This document shows, piece after piece, positions 8,276 through 18,439 of a stretch of 64,000 nt of DNA; within the stretch, counting starts at the first letter, position 1, and each line of letters begins with the position of its first letter. The position numbers and the translations under genes are program-made. This stretch comes from a virus. Location: positions 7,238-71,237 of the IMG/VR virus record IMGVR_UViG_3300028601_000032. The stretch is one strand, 5' to 3'. Under the pieces are notes generated by a model, which worked only from the letters and a program-made list of their open reading frames with translations, had not been told where the DNA came from and did not search any database.

Positions 8276-10957
8276 TTAGACCGCCTCTACGCCGTTTTTG
8301 ACAAGCTGAGGGAGGATAGCACAGGAATTCTGTGCTTTTATGGATTCGAGCCATTTTGACACTGCTGCGCCCCTAACAAGCGTGTAATCGTCACCGAGTG
8401 CCTCAATTAGATGAGGGGTGTATTCCTTTTTAGAGATGAATATTACTTCGTCATAACAGCACGCGCCGGACGCATCACGCGCTAAAACCAAAGAATCGCG
8501 TTTTTCCTGGAGATCCTTGATTGAATGTTTGCATTCTTTTGTTTCGTATTCCCACGCAATTTTAATAATTTTACCGTTTGGCATCCTGAATTTAGCAACA
8601 CCATCGGCTTTCAGGTCCTTCCCATAGTTATTATCAGTTTCCACCGATTCAGCACCGGCGAGCATAAATTCCCCTGCAAGCAAAGCATTCATAAAATAGT
8701 GTTCTGTGGTCTGTCCTTTGATTTTGCCATCTTCTCCGAGCATAGATTTCTTGTAGAATACTACAGTGTTAAGCCCCGTGAATGGGTTTCTCTCGGTCTC
8801 TTTTTCCCATCCGTTTGGGTATTCTCTTAATTTGAGATCTTTATTATACCATGTTTTGCATGATACTTTCAGATTTTTAACTATCTCAGAAACCACAGGA
8901 TTCAGCACAATTTCACCACGCGCAGAGCCTTCGGTGTCTTCCTGTTCTTCGCATTCTACGCCAATCATCCGGTTTATTTCTTTTGCCAGTGGTCCTTTGT
9001 TTAAGATTGCTGCCTGTTCAAAATCATCAAGGTCATTGTAATATGGGACTCTGTGACCCTGGATAATAAGCAAGCCGTGACCTTTCCCTGGGGTTGTCAA
9101 TATCCTTACGCTCTGCTCATCAAGTCCGAATTCCGCTTTAATAGGTGCAACATTATCGGGCCGCATATTCGCGAAGAGTAGCACGTAAGCAGAATTCGCT
9201 TTCAGCATATCGAGCATGTCCCTCGGATACCCTGCGAGATCCTGGGATACTGTCTTTGTATAAAGCCCCCATGATCTACCCTGCCTGTAGAACTTTTCGA
9301 TGCTGTTTTTCATTGTTGGGTTCTTAACAAGGTCTGCGCCTTCATCGAGTGTTAACAACGTCCTTACTACAGGTGCTCCTGGTCTTGCCTGTGCGAGTTT
9401 CGTATAAACCACAGACATAATCATTAATGTGAGGGCTTCCTGTACGTTAGGAACTGCACTAAGCGCGGAAAGATCAGCTACAATATACGGGTTACTCAAA
9501 TCCATTATATTGTGATTTACGAGATATCCTAGGGGACCATTGGGCGTAAGCATTGCAGTGTTGTTATACAATGCTTCGATTGGGCCCGTCATTTTCTTAT
9601 GGGTTTCATCGTTAATCCATCCAAACAATAGATCCCTTAAGTCCGTAAAACACGGCCAGAACTCCCCGTCTTTCCACTTGTCTACATTGTCCATGCGAAC
9701 ATTTCCCCCGCCGTCAATGACGTGGAAATCTTCGTATAGTCTACTTAGTGCCTCCGTGAGCCAGTTTTTTTGTTGGTCTGAGTATCCAGAGCCGATTAAA
9801 AGCCCGATGCTTTCCAGAAGCATTGTAAAATGGGCTAAGTATGCGTCCTGGTATCCATCGACTGAGGTATCCATAGTCATTTCGTCAAAGAATACCTGGA
9901 ACATGTTCGGGTTTCTGCCATTTCTCCCAAATTTCCACAATAACCCATTAAGAACTTTACATACCCTGAGATGGTCAGTTATGCCATCTTTTTTCGGGAC
10001 AATATGAACAACGTGGTCACCGTCGAGATATGCTCGGATGTTATCTTTCAGCAGGTCTACCGATTTACCGCTTCCACTAACTCCTATTTCGAGAGCATTA
10101 GCGTTTGGGATGTTAGGATCATCAAAGTCAAAGTGAATAGGGTTTCCTGTCCTATCGTTCATCCCGATAAGTCTTCCTTTCCTTGCAAGGATTGGATCAG
10201 GAGATCGAAGGAGTGAAGTCTTAGCGCATAGGCTGGCCGGGACTGACTTTTTGAAAAGATTTGACCATATGTATGGAGTTGGTTGCATACTCTTCCATGT
10301 TTCAACCATTCCATACCTGGGGAGCTCATGTAAAATGCTTTTTTCATCACACACCGTTTCAATAGATTTTATGGTTTTTGTCACTGCCTTCTTAGAGAGT
10401 CCCTGAACTGCTGCTAAAAGGACATGGTGAAACAGCTTAGTGGTTCCATGATACAACTGCTTTTGATATTCGAATATGCCCTCTGCTGCAAGGTCATTAA
10501 TTACATCGTGCTGATGCAGGAATTTATCATCTTCTTCCTGTACTATATTAGCGATCTTAATGTTCCTGCGTGCTGTTTCAAGTGCTTCATTTTCATGGAG
10601 TGGATTAAGTGGGTACACTACCTGACAAAGTGAGATAGCTGTATCTTTCTGGGTTCCAATTTCAAAAAGCCTGTCCATAAAACGCTGATCGAGTTCTGTC
10701 GGGTAGTCCTGCCTATCTCCATATTTAGGGCTTATCCTGCCGATTACCATGCACTGAACCCAGGTATCATTAATCTCAATCCACCACCCATCTTTAGATG
10801 GCTTCAATGTAATGGGGAGGGATGTATCAATTACATCCTTTAACATTTTTTTGTTTTGTTCTTTTTCTTTTTCCTGCTTTTTAAATTTTTTATCCATTTT
10901 TATTTTATAAATTGAGTTCATAAACCCTGATTTTTTAATGTGGTCAAATATCATCAT
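8276..10957 (-). CDS. virB4: VirB4/CedB-like ATPase with extra C-terminal PD-(D/E)xK-like domain
   Basis: Walker A GVSGSGKS, Walker B LTLDEG, RQGRSWGL..SQD motif, N-terminal VirB4-type region; C-terminus has ADG..AWEYET..K. Confidence 0.8.
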   Translation of the reverse strand: MMIFDHIKKSGFMNSIYKIKMDKKFKKQEKEKEQNKKMLKDVIDTSLPITLKPSKDGWWIEINDTWVQCMVIGRISPKYGDRQDYPTELDQRFMDRLFEIGTQKDTAISLCQVVYPLNPLHENEALETARRNIKIANIVQEEDDKFLHQHDVINDLAAEGIFEYQKQLYHGTTKLFHHVLLAAVQGLSKKAVTKTIKSIETVCDEKSILHELPRYGMVETWKSMQPTPYIWSNLFKKSVPASLCAKTSLLRSPDPILARKGRLIGMNDRTGNPIHFDFDDPNIPNANALEIGVSGSGKSVDLLKDNIRAYLDGDHVVHIVPKKDGITDHLRVCKVLNGLLWKFGRNGRNPNMFQVFFDEMTMDTSVDGYQDAYLAHFTMLLESIGLLIGSGYSDQQKNWLTEALSRLYEDFHVIDGGGNVRMDNVDKWKDGEFWPCFTDLRDLLFGWINDETHKKMTGPIEALYNNTAMLTPNGPLGYLVNHNIMDLSNPYIVADLSALSAVPNVQEALTLMIMSVVYTKLAQARPGAPVVRTLLTLDEGADLVKNPTMKNSIEKFYRQGRSWGLYTKTVSQDLAGYPRDMLDMLKANSAYVLLFANMRPDNVAPIKAEFGLDEQSVRILTTPGKGHGLLIIQGHRVPYYNDLDDFEQAAILNKGPLAKEINRMIGVECEEQEDTEGSARGEIVLNPVVSEIVKNLKVSCKTWYNKDLKLREYPNGWEKETERNPFTGLNTVVFYKKSMLGEDGKIKGQTTEHYFMNALLAGEFMLAGAESVETDNNYGKDLKADGVAKFRMPNGKIIKIAWEYETKECKHSIKDLQEKRDSLVLARDASGACCYDEVIFISKKEYTPHLIEALGDDYTLVRGAAVSKWLESIKAQNSCAILPQLVKNGVEAV

Positions 10958-10958
10958 G

Positions 10959-11825
10959 TTAAAGCACCCCTTCGAGATTGTCCATGTGTCCCATCTGAGC
11001 GCATATAATCGCGTATTCGGTTGGATCAGTGACGATTCTTACACTGACACCATGCAGCTCTAACGACTCTCCATACTTCTCCCTAATCTCATCTATCAGA
11101 TCATTTGCTTCTGTATCGTTTGGGGTATATTCAATCCCTACAAAGATTACATGCATCCACCCTACACGGTTTTTAATATTTTCAAAATACTTCTTTTTCG
11201 CACTGTATCCAGCCCTTACAACAATTGGGAGATTCTTGTTTTTCAATTTTTCAGCATACACCTGTCCGATATTTGACAGGTGCTTGCTCTGTGCAGTTAT
11301 TGTTTTATGGATGCACTGTGTAGGGATAGTCCGGTATAGTTTTTCCATCCCGTCATAATATGCATCAGGATCGTTGGCATCTGAAGGGGACGCAAGCCAG
11401 CATGTCCCTCGGTTACAGTATACTCCTTCGTAGACCTTTGTTTTTTGGAAAGTTAATCGTCCCTGGTCATCTACGTTTTCAAGTCCTGTCCATGATGAAG
11501 TTTTTAAAAGTGTGTTTTTAGGGTCGAACTTGTGGATTTCATTCTTCTTAACTGCGTTTTTTGCTTTGAACGTGGTTTTAAGTTCAGCTTCATAGATTGC
11601 AGTTTTCGATCTTGCAAATTTATAAACCAGTCCCGCGATTACAAGCATCGAAATGATACACGAACAGACGAGCGGAGTATTATGCGGGTCTTTACTTATT
11701 ATGTTGATGAGTAGTACAATTATCGTGCCGGCAACTATGTATACTGCTATCTGTTTTTTGCCGTGTCTTGCTGTAACAGGGGTTTCAATTTTGATAAGTG
11801 AATTTGGAGTAGTTGTATCGGTCAT
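10959..11825 (-). CDS. VirB3/PrgI-like membrane protein
   Basis: Two N-terminal TM helices and position directly upstream of the VirB4-like gene. Confidence 0.45.
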   Translation of the reverse strand: MTDTTTPNSLIKIETPVTARHGKKQIAVYIVAGTIIVLLINIISKDPHNTPLVCSCIISMLVIAGLVYKFARSKTAIYEAELKTTFKAKNAVKKNEIHKFDPKNTLLKTSSWTGLENVDDQGRLTFQKTKVYEGVYCNRGTCWLASPSDANDPDAYYDGMEKLYRTIPTQCIHKTITAQSKHLSNIGQVYAEKLKNKNLPIVVRAGYSAKKKYFENIKNRVGWMHVIFVGIEYTPNDTEANDLIDEIREKYGESLELHGVSVRIVTDPTEYAIICAQMGHMDNLEGVL

Positions 11826-12937
11826 TAGAAATACCTCGCGAGTCTGACAGCCGTATTAAGTGTCTTTGGTGAGAGTACTTTCCAGAGTACAGGCCACGTG
11901 AGAAACAGGAATTCCATCATTACTACTGTTGCAAAAAGCCCAAGATAGATGAATGAAACGCTGTACCATGCAAGTGTTTGAGATGTGGTATAATCTACAA
12001 CTGTGCAACAAACCCATACAATCGCAAACTGTGAAAATATCATTACAATAATCGCAGAAGTTACAAGTATGGCAGCCCACCTCGTTTTCTTAAATGCGAA
12101 TGGTAGTCCGTACATAATCCAAATATGAGCTGAGATTAAGATCATCATTAATCTTATTGAAAAAAACAAAATTGAGCAGAGCCACAAAATACAAAATGTG
12201 AGATACAAACCGAGGCTGTCACTTGATAGAGTTACCTGGTCAAGAATTGATAACATCTGATCTTCTACAAGAGCATTATTGATTATTAACGAACCAAAAA
12301 ACAAAGCAGGACCAAAAAGTAGCCATGCACAAGTCTTAACAAAATAACTTCCCATTTCAGCAGGCGCAATATACTTTCTTCCATTGAAATCACTGAGGAA
12401 TTCAGCCGAATCTTCCGGGCAAGCAGACTGATAAATTAAGAATATCGCAAGTGCAGCCCCGAAAATAAGAATTGCTCTGATATAAATATCCCGCATCACA
12501 TTAATCCGGCTCATCATTTCGGGATCTTTTGTAGGGTCTATAGTGTGGGCAGTGACCGCAAAAATCGCCGTCTGTGTTTGGTCTTTCCCTTCAACATCCC
12601 CTAACTGCATCCCGCCTACAGAAACAAACAGAGTATTGATGTTATCAATAATGGTATTTTCAATCCCGTCTTTGATCATCTGTGCCCCGGCAGATATTTT
12701 AGTCGATTTTGTGACATATACATCATTTTTAGGGGATATCGTTGCAGTTTCGTTTAAGTCATCTACCCTGATTGATTGATGGGGGCTTGTTACATTTTCA
12801 AACACATCCGGTGATTTCATATCATCAACTGCGGCTTTGTGTGCAGCAGGGATAATCTTAAGGTGATCTTCTTCTGCGGCATGTGCAATCCCTGGAAGAA
12901 TTAGTATCAGCATCAAAAAAAAATACAGGGTTTTCAT
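11825..12937 (-). CDS. VirB6/CedA-like polytopic membrane protein
   Basis: Signal peptide, soluble N-domain and about 6-7 TM helices; position in the operon. Confidence 0.6.
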   Translation of the reverse strand: MKTLYFFLMLILILPGIAHAAEEDHLKIIPAAHKAAVDDMKSPDVFENVTSPHQSIRVDDLNETATISPKNDVYVTKSTKISAGAQMIKDGIENTIIDNINTLFVSVGGMQLGDVEGKDQTQTAIFAVTAHTIDPTKDPEMMSRINVMRDIYIRAILIFGAALAIFLIYQSACPEDSAEFLSDFNGRKYIAPAEMGSYFVKTCAWLLFGPALFFGSLIINNALVEDQMLSILDQVTLSSDSLGLYLTFCILWLCSILFFSIRLMMILISAHIWIMYGLPFAFKKTRWAAILVTSAIIVMIFSQFAIVWVCCTVVDYTTSQTLAWYSVSFIYLGLFATVVMMEFLFLTWPVLWKVLSPKTLNTAVRLARYF

Positions 12938-12944
12938 GCTAAAA

Positions 12945-13304
12945 TCACCAATTTGAGAGGATGGCCACGCCAGCAGAACCGAGCTTCAGGATTAAGAGCA
13001 CTCCGAGAATGCTAAAAAAACCCTTTCTGGTTTTTATTTCGTTTTCTACGTTGTCCCACCCACCAAAATAAAACTTCAGGGCAAGCCACCCGATAGCCAA
13101 GATAGCTATGTACGGGACCAAAGCATAAACGGTGTCAATTACCCACTTTAATTTATCAATATACGGGAGCTGGGATAAATTTTCCATGCCCTTAGCTGTA
13201 TCAGGTGTAAGAGAAATGTTTTTGCTTTCGTCGGCTGCATAAACTTTGCTTATCATTCCTGTTAGTGAGCCACTAACAGCCAATAACTTTGTTTTTATTG
13301 ACAT
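12945..13304 (-). CDS. VirB2/pilin-like protein
   Basis: 119 aa; cleavable-looking leader (VYA-ADE) and two hydrophobic helices separated by a short charged loop. Confidence 0.55.
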   Translation of the reverse strand: MSIKTKLLAVSGSLTGMISKVYAADESKNISLTPDTAKGMENLSQLPYIDKLKWVIDTVYALVPYIAILAIGWLALKFYFGGWDNVENEIKTRKGFFSILGVLLILKLGSAGVAILSNW

Positions 13305-13335
13305 ACAGTTAAATAAGACGTTTAAGTATATTAAC

Positions 13336-13361
13336 CTTGTTGAGTATATAAACTCAACAAG
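13336..13361 (-). promoter_or_regulatory. TATA box inside a perfect 10-6-10 inverted repeat, upstream of the pilin-like gene
   Basis: cttgttgagt-atataa-actcaacaag; minus strand reads TTTATATA. Confidence 0.7.
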
Positions 13362-13379
13362 TATTTACTTTTAAAAAAA

Positions 13380-16300
13380 TTAATTAAATGCTATATCCAG
13401 AATTTTATATCCGGCATACAGAGCCATTATTAACTGTACCACGAATGCAAATATTGATACAATGATCCCACGTTCTTCTTTATTATGTTCGATAATCTCT
13501 ACTTTTGCCGGGAATGATTCATATGGGGTAAAATACTCAACCTGAAGTTTTGACGGATCAAAATCCCCGTATATTACATATTCGTCTCCCATGAATGGTA
13601 TTGATCCTGTCCTTATGTCGCACCGGGACAACGTCGTATAAATCAAACCTTCGTCAGTTTCGGCCCTTTCTCCGAGCATTAACAACCTAGTAGATGTATT
13701 TTCCTCGTATGTAATTTCTATTTTTTGAATTGAGTCAGAGACAGGAATATTAATTCTCGTTACTGGATTCATAGTATCTTTAAAAACATGTACATAAACT
13801 GTAGCTTCCGTATCTCTTTTTAAAATATCATATGCAGGAGCAGAGTCTTCAAAAACGGTTTTTGAGGTTTTGGTCTTGCTCTTTTTCTTTTCACCTGTAA
13901 GCGTGTTCGTTTTTATTGTGTACCAACTGGTTTCGACTTTCAAAGATGCATATGCGATCCCGTCTTTAATTTCAACTGTTTCTTTTTTGTCTATTTTTTT
14001 AATATGACCTGTCCACCCCATTAGATCAGGGCTTCTAACTACTCTTGATTTAGTTAACACTGCGTTTTCATCAGGGATGTAGGGGACATCATCAATTACA
14101 ACGACGTCTTTAAATCCGATTATTTTGATATACCCTGCCACGATTCCCTGAGTTGTTTCGTATTTTTTAAAATTACTATATGAAAAACTATCTGATGTTT
14201 GCCCTGTTCTTCCAGTATCTGAGAACTCAACCTCTAAAATATCAAATATCGAATCAAACTCCCTCTCAGGCCCCGGCTCAAAGTCCTCGTCCTCGATATC
14301 CTCAACGCCAGTCCCGCCTCTCATAGTCATTTCCGCAGAAACATAATCACATTCCCATGCCGAACCTGTCCAGTACCATTCAGAAGACCCAGGGTTAACT
14401 CTAGGGTCCTGCTCGTAATCACTTCCAGAACATCTATTATAATTCCCCGCAGAATTCCCCCACAAAATATTATCTTTGGAAATTATTTTATGCGAGTTTT
14501 CAAGAGTGTTTGATATCCCATACCCTTTTCCGCTCCCTGTATTGTGTCCTGCCTTAGTATTTGTAATTATATTATCTTGAATATCAATGCAGAAATTAGC
14601 CCCATTAGCCCCTTTAGACAGCCCTTTAACTGAATACGTGACAATCCCCGCATTTGAACAGCCGTCGAACACGTTATTATAAATATTGACATTATGGACT
14701 CCTGAAATCAAGATACCTGCCTGCCAGTTTCTCCAATCCCATCCAGTCGAAAGGAAGGCATTATGATGTATTTTTATTTCCGAGTTCGACTCATCGTAAT
14801 TAGACTGTGTGCCCGCTATCCACATCCCAGGCCCGCCGGTCATTTTGAATACGTTATTGCAGACCTCGGCATTCATTACCATGTTTTTGTCGGTTTTATC
14901 AAGCTGCACCCCAGGTCCTGCACTTTCCCGCGCCGAGCAGGTGATGAAATTGTCATGAATATAGGCATGGTCGCTATCTCGGATACGGGCTGCGTTATTG
15001 ATCCTGCAATCTATATTACATCCTGACATTTCAACATAGTCGCTTTTGATCGCGAAAAGGGCTTCGTGACCTAGTTTATGCGCTTCAATGTCTTTGAACT
15101 CGACATTGCTGCATTTTGTAGCTCGTAGGAAGTCTCCCAGGGAGTTTGATCCTGTGCAGTCGTGGACGTTTACGCCGTCGCAACCTGTGGGCATGATGAA
15201 ATTATAAAAACCCCTACCCGTTATCAGATCGGTTTGCCTGTCTGCATTTCCATCAAAATGGATTCCGGTAATTTCAATATTTTTACAGTTGTTCGCACGG
15301 ATCAGAGGGACCATCTTGTTTGCATAGTCTTTCGTCGCTTTGTGTTGATATTCGCTCCCAGATAGCCGGTTTGCGTTGTCTGGAATGGTTATGGTTGTCT
15401 GTCCTTGCCCGTCTAAAACGGTGCCGGAGTCTAATATAATAGGATCATTGATGCAGAAATCTCCAGACAGTATAATATAGTCCCCTGCTTTGATAGCCTG
15501 ATTGATTTCTACCTGATCGGCTGTTCCGTCGCATCCTGTGACCTCTATTCTATCCGTTTCAGGAGCAGACCCCCCTACAGTATTTCCATCAATGACTATC
15601 TCATTGAATGAGACTTTCTTTCCAGAAGCCTGAGAAACCTCATTGACTCCAGAACCAAGTTTATTATTTTCAATTATGAGTTTATCCTTAGTGCCTCCTC
15701 CGTAAAGATAGCAGACATATCCTTTGTCTACATAATTATTTTTTATAGTATGAGTCCCGCCGTTAATGTTTCCTCGATAAACAACTCCTCCCCTGCCTCC
15801 ATAAACTTCGTTACCTGAGAAATCAGAATCAAGAGAGCCATCAATGAACGCAAAGAAGCTCTTAAACACTGTTATTTTATTATTTTTTACCTCATAATTG
15901 AGGGTTATCGCATGAGCATCAACCGGATTTGCGCCTTCAATGGTGGCTCCAATGAATTCATTATCATGGATTGATATGTCTCTCAGGAGTGTGAGCCGCT
16001 CATTGGTATTTCCTGTGATACAATGCCTGCAATTCTCAATGTAATTATCATGGATGTCTATGTTAGCCGATCCTGACCATGCGCCGACCCCATAGCCACT
16101 GCCAGATTTAATCGAGTTTCGTATGTCGCAGCCGGATACCTCAACATCATAACAGGAATACAACGAGAGAGCAGCTAATCCACTGTCCCTGATGTCTACG
16201 TTTTTTACACTGCTGTCTTTACAGGCTTCAAGGGTTATTGCCATTCTGTCGCCGATTGGGTCTGAGTCCTGTATTTTCAGATTTGTAATATGGATTTCAA

Positions 16301-16826
16301 CCGGTCTTAAGACGAGAACGCGGGAGTCATCGGAAAGCGGATAATCCCTCAGAAGTGGCTCGGTGAGTGTGATTGTGTTGTCTGAGACACTTCTAACCTC
16401 ATACATTTCTCCTGTTTTTTGTTCGGGGTAATCCTTTGGACACCACAGGACAGACTTGTAGATCTTGATTAGGTCGCCTGCTTGCACTTTGCCGGCATCT
16501 TGGAGAGTGACAGTGTATGAGCCTTCAGACGCACTTTCAGACAGTTTGGAAGACGTAACTGTATGACCTGAGAAGAGAAGTCCGTTCTTCAAGCCGTCAT
16601 CTGTTTTGATTGAGATCTGATGTCCGTTACCATCGAGAACGAAACTTTTTCCTGTTGTTGTTATGGGCTTCGATATGGTCAGATCCTGAGTTAGTATTAT
16701 AGTGTCTCCGTTTTCTGCGTCGTTTAGCGCGGCTTGGAGGTCATTTGATACGGTTCCCGCGTGAGCTATACAAGGGAATAATAAAAAAATAAATAATATA
16801 ATTATTGTGTGTCGCGTCAGCTTCAT
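13380..16826 (-). CDS. Large secreted, membrane-anchored right-handed beta-helix protein (disaggregatase/pectin-lyase-like)
   Basis: Signal peptide, two beta-helix regions, CDGTADQVEINQAI motif shared with 47822-52738, C-terminal TM helix. Confidence 0.7.
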   Translation of the reverse strand: MKLTRHTIIILFIFLLFPCIAHAGTVSNDLQAALNDAENGDTIILTQDLTISKPITTTGKSFVLDGNGHQISIKTDDGLKNGLLFSGHTVTSSKLSESASEGSYTVTLQDAGKVQAGDLIKIYKSVLWCPKDYPEQKTGEMYEVRSVSDNTITLTEPLLRDYPLSDDSRVLVLRPVEIHITNLKIQDSDPIGDRMAITLEACKDSSVKNVDIRDSGLAALSLYSCYDVEVSGCDIRNSIKSGSGYGVGAWSGSANIDIHDNYIENCRHCITGNTNERLTLLRDISIHDNEFIGATIEGANPVDAHAITLNYEVKNNKITVFKSFFAFIDGSLDSDFSGNEVYGGRGGVVYRGNINGGTHTIKNNYVDKGYVCYLYGGGTKDKLIIENNKLGSGVNEVSQASGKKVSFNEIVIDGNTVGGSAPETDRIEVTGCDGTADQVEINQAIKAGDYIILSGDFCINDPIILDSGTVLDGQGQTTITIPDNANRLSGSEYQHKATKDYANKMVPLIRANNCKNIEITGIHFDGNADRQTDLITGRGFYNFIMPTGCDGVNVHDCTGSNSLGDFLRATKCSNVEFKDIEAHKLGHEALFAIKSDYVEMSGCNIDCRINNAARIRDSDHAYIHDNFITCSARESAGPGVQLDKTDKNMVMNAEVCNNVFKMTGGPGMWIAGTQSNYDESNSEIKIHHNAFLSTGWDWRNWQAGILISGVHNVNIYNNVFDGCSNAGIVTYSVKGLSKGANGANFCIDIQDNIITNTKAGHNTGSGKGYGISNTLENSHKIISKDNILWGNSAGNYNRCSGSDYEQDPRVNPGSSEWYWTGSAWECDYVSAEMTMRGGTGVEDIEDEDFEPGPEREFDSIFDILEVEFSDTGRTGQTSDSFSYSNFKKYETTQGIVAGYIKIIGFKDVVVIDDVPYIPDENAVLTKSRVVRSPDLMGWTGHIKKIDKKETVEIKDGIAYASLKVETSWYTIKTNTLTGEKKKSKTKTSKTVFEDSAPAYDILKRDTEATVYVHVFKDTMNPVTRINIPVSDSIQKIEITYEENTSTRLLMLGERAETDEGLIYTTLSRCDIRTGSIPFMGDEYVIYGDFDPSKLQVEYFTPYESFPAKVEIIEHNKEERGIIVSIFAFVVQLIMALYAGYKILDIAFN

Positions 16827-16932
16827 AGTAATATCCTTACTTACACCGTTACTTATGCGTAAAGTATATTAAGTACGACATCCTATTAATAACTTACTTA
16901 CAGTTAAATAGAATCAACATGGATACACATAC

Positions 16933-17091
16933 ATGAAAAAATTAATACGCCGTTGGAAATGCAAATGTGAAAAATGTGGTCATGAGTGGGAATCGAGAAT
17001 GACGAATCCTAACATGTGCCCGAACTGTAAGACAACGTACTGGAATGAAAAGAAGGCAATTGTTACAAAGAAGGAGAATGACCAAAAATGA
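16933..17091 (+). CDS. Small zinc-ribbon protein (52 aa, not in ORF track)
   Basis: MKKLIRRWKCKCEKCGHEW...MCPNCKTTYWN. Confidence 0.65.
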   Translation: MKKLIRRWKCKCEKCGHEWESRMTNPNMCPNCKTTYWNEKKAIVTKKENDQK

Positions 17092-17355
17092 CAAAGTACA
17101 GAGTACTGGCAATCGTAGAACAGAAACGGGGAATAACAGATTAGTGTTTTTGAGGTGTCCCCGGACTGAATAAGGGATGGATTGAGAACTCAAAAGTAAA
17201 AGGTGAGGCTTGATAATATGACAACAGAATTTGCCAGAGAATTTTGTGCTCAGTCTTTTGATGAACTGAAAGAGACTATCGGATATTTAGGCTTCAATCC
17301 CGATCATTGGATATGAGATGAAATTAAGGCTACATATATTGTGTGAGGGTGAAGC

Positions 17356-17592
17356 ATGATTGAACCAAAAATAACAGTAATAGTAAATCCACTTTCTACA
17401 CTATGCGAGGAATTCACAGAGTATTCTCAAGAATTCGTTGAAAGATGTTCTAACTGTGGATCGTCTCTATTTTATTTATATAACGAACCTGTTCCTGAAG
17501 GAGAATATATTCAGAATGTTTGTGCTGTGTGCGGATCGAGGCAAGGCGGGTATGTAAATAACTTTAGGAAGACCGAGGCGAAAAATGAGTAA
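17356..17592 (+). CDS. Zinc-finger protein
   Basis: CSNCG and CAVCG pairs. Confidence 0.6.
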   Translation: MIEPKITVIVNPLSTLCEEFTEYSQEFVERCSNCGSSLFYLYNEPVPEGEYIQNVCAVCGSRQGGYVNNFRKTEAKNE

Positions 17593-17932
17593 AGTATCAT
17601 CTCACATCGTAAAAAGATCAGGGAACTCCTACAGAGCCCTGCGATATGGGCAATGGCATACAAAAGTTCGATACCTCGGAGGGATTGAAGCTCGTTTGAG
17701 TCCGTCCCTGGTGATGGTTGGAAGTGTAAGAAGATTATAAAATTAAGATGTCAAGGATTACTTGACAACTTAAAAGGGGATATGAGTATGAAAAGACAAT
17801 ATGAAAACAATGGAAAGACATTTTGGGAAGATATCGACTCAATAATGTCAATGAAATCGGAACAGTATAAAGAATCAATTAATAAAAATTGTGGTGGAGA
17901 GGGGTGGATGTGTTTAAGCTTGAGGTGAAAGC

Positions 17933-18436
17933 ATGAGAGAAATAAAATTCAGAGCATGGTATCCAGGATATAAAGCCACTTCGGGAAATGAAACATCAAT
18001 CCCTCCGATGATGTGTGATGTAGTGCGATTTGAAAAAACATCAGATAACTATGATACGTATGTTCTCGATTCGTATAAACAGACCGGATGTAGTCGTTTT
18101 GCTGTCCCTGTTTATAGAGTAGAGTCAGACGAACAGCAGAGTATTATAATGCAGTATACAGGGCACAAGGATAAAAACGGTAATGAAATCTATGAGGGTG
18201 ATATTCTAAAATGCCATGACAAGCTGCATGGAAAATATTTTGTTGGTGTTGTAAAAATGCAAGATGGGTGTTGGTCGATAGACTTATCACATTTGCCTGA
18301 TGGGCATAAACCATTTCACCCCGCTATCGGATGGAATAGAGACTCGGATTACCTGAAAATGTATCATCCTGTTCTTGGGAACTCAACTGAGATTATTGGG
18401 AATGTCTATGAAAATCCTGAGATGATTGTGAGGTGA
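17933..18436 (+). CDS. YopX family phage protein
   Basis: MREIKFRAW start, QYTGHKDKNGNEIYEGDIL, EIIGNVYENPE end. Confidence 0.9.
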   Translation: MREIKFRAWYPGYKATSGNETSIPPMMCDVVRFEKTSDNYDTYVLDSYKQTGCSRFAVPVYRVESDEQQSIIMQYTGHKDKNGNEIYEGDILKCHDKLHGKYFVGVVKMQDGCWSIDLSHLPDGHKPFHPAIGWNRDSDYLKMYHPVLGNSTEIIGNVYENPEMIVR

Positions 18437-18439
18437 AAA

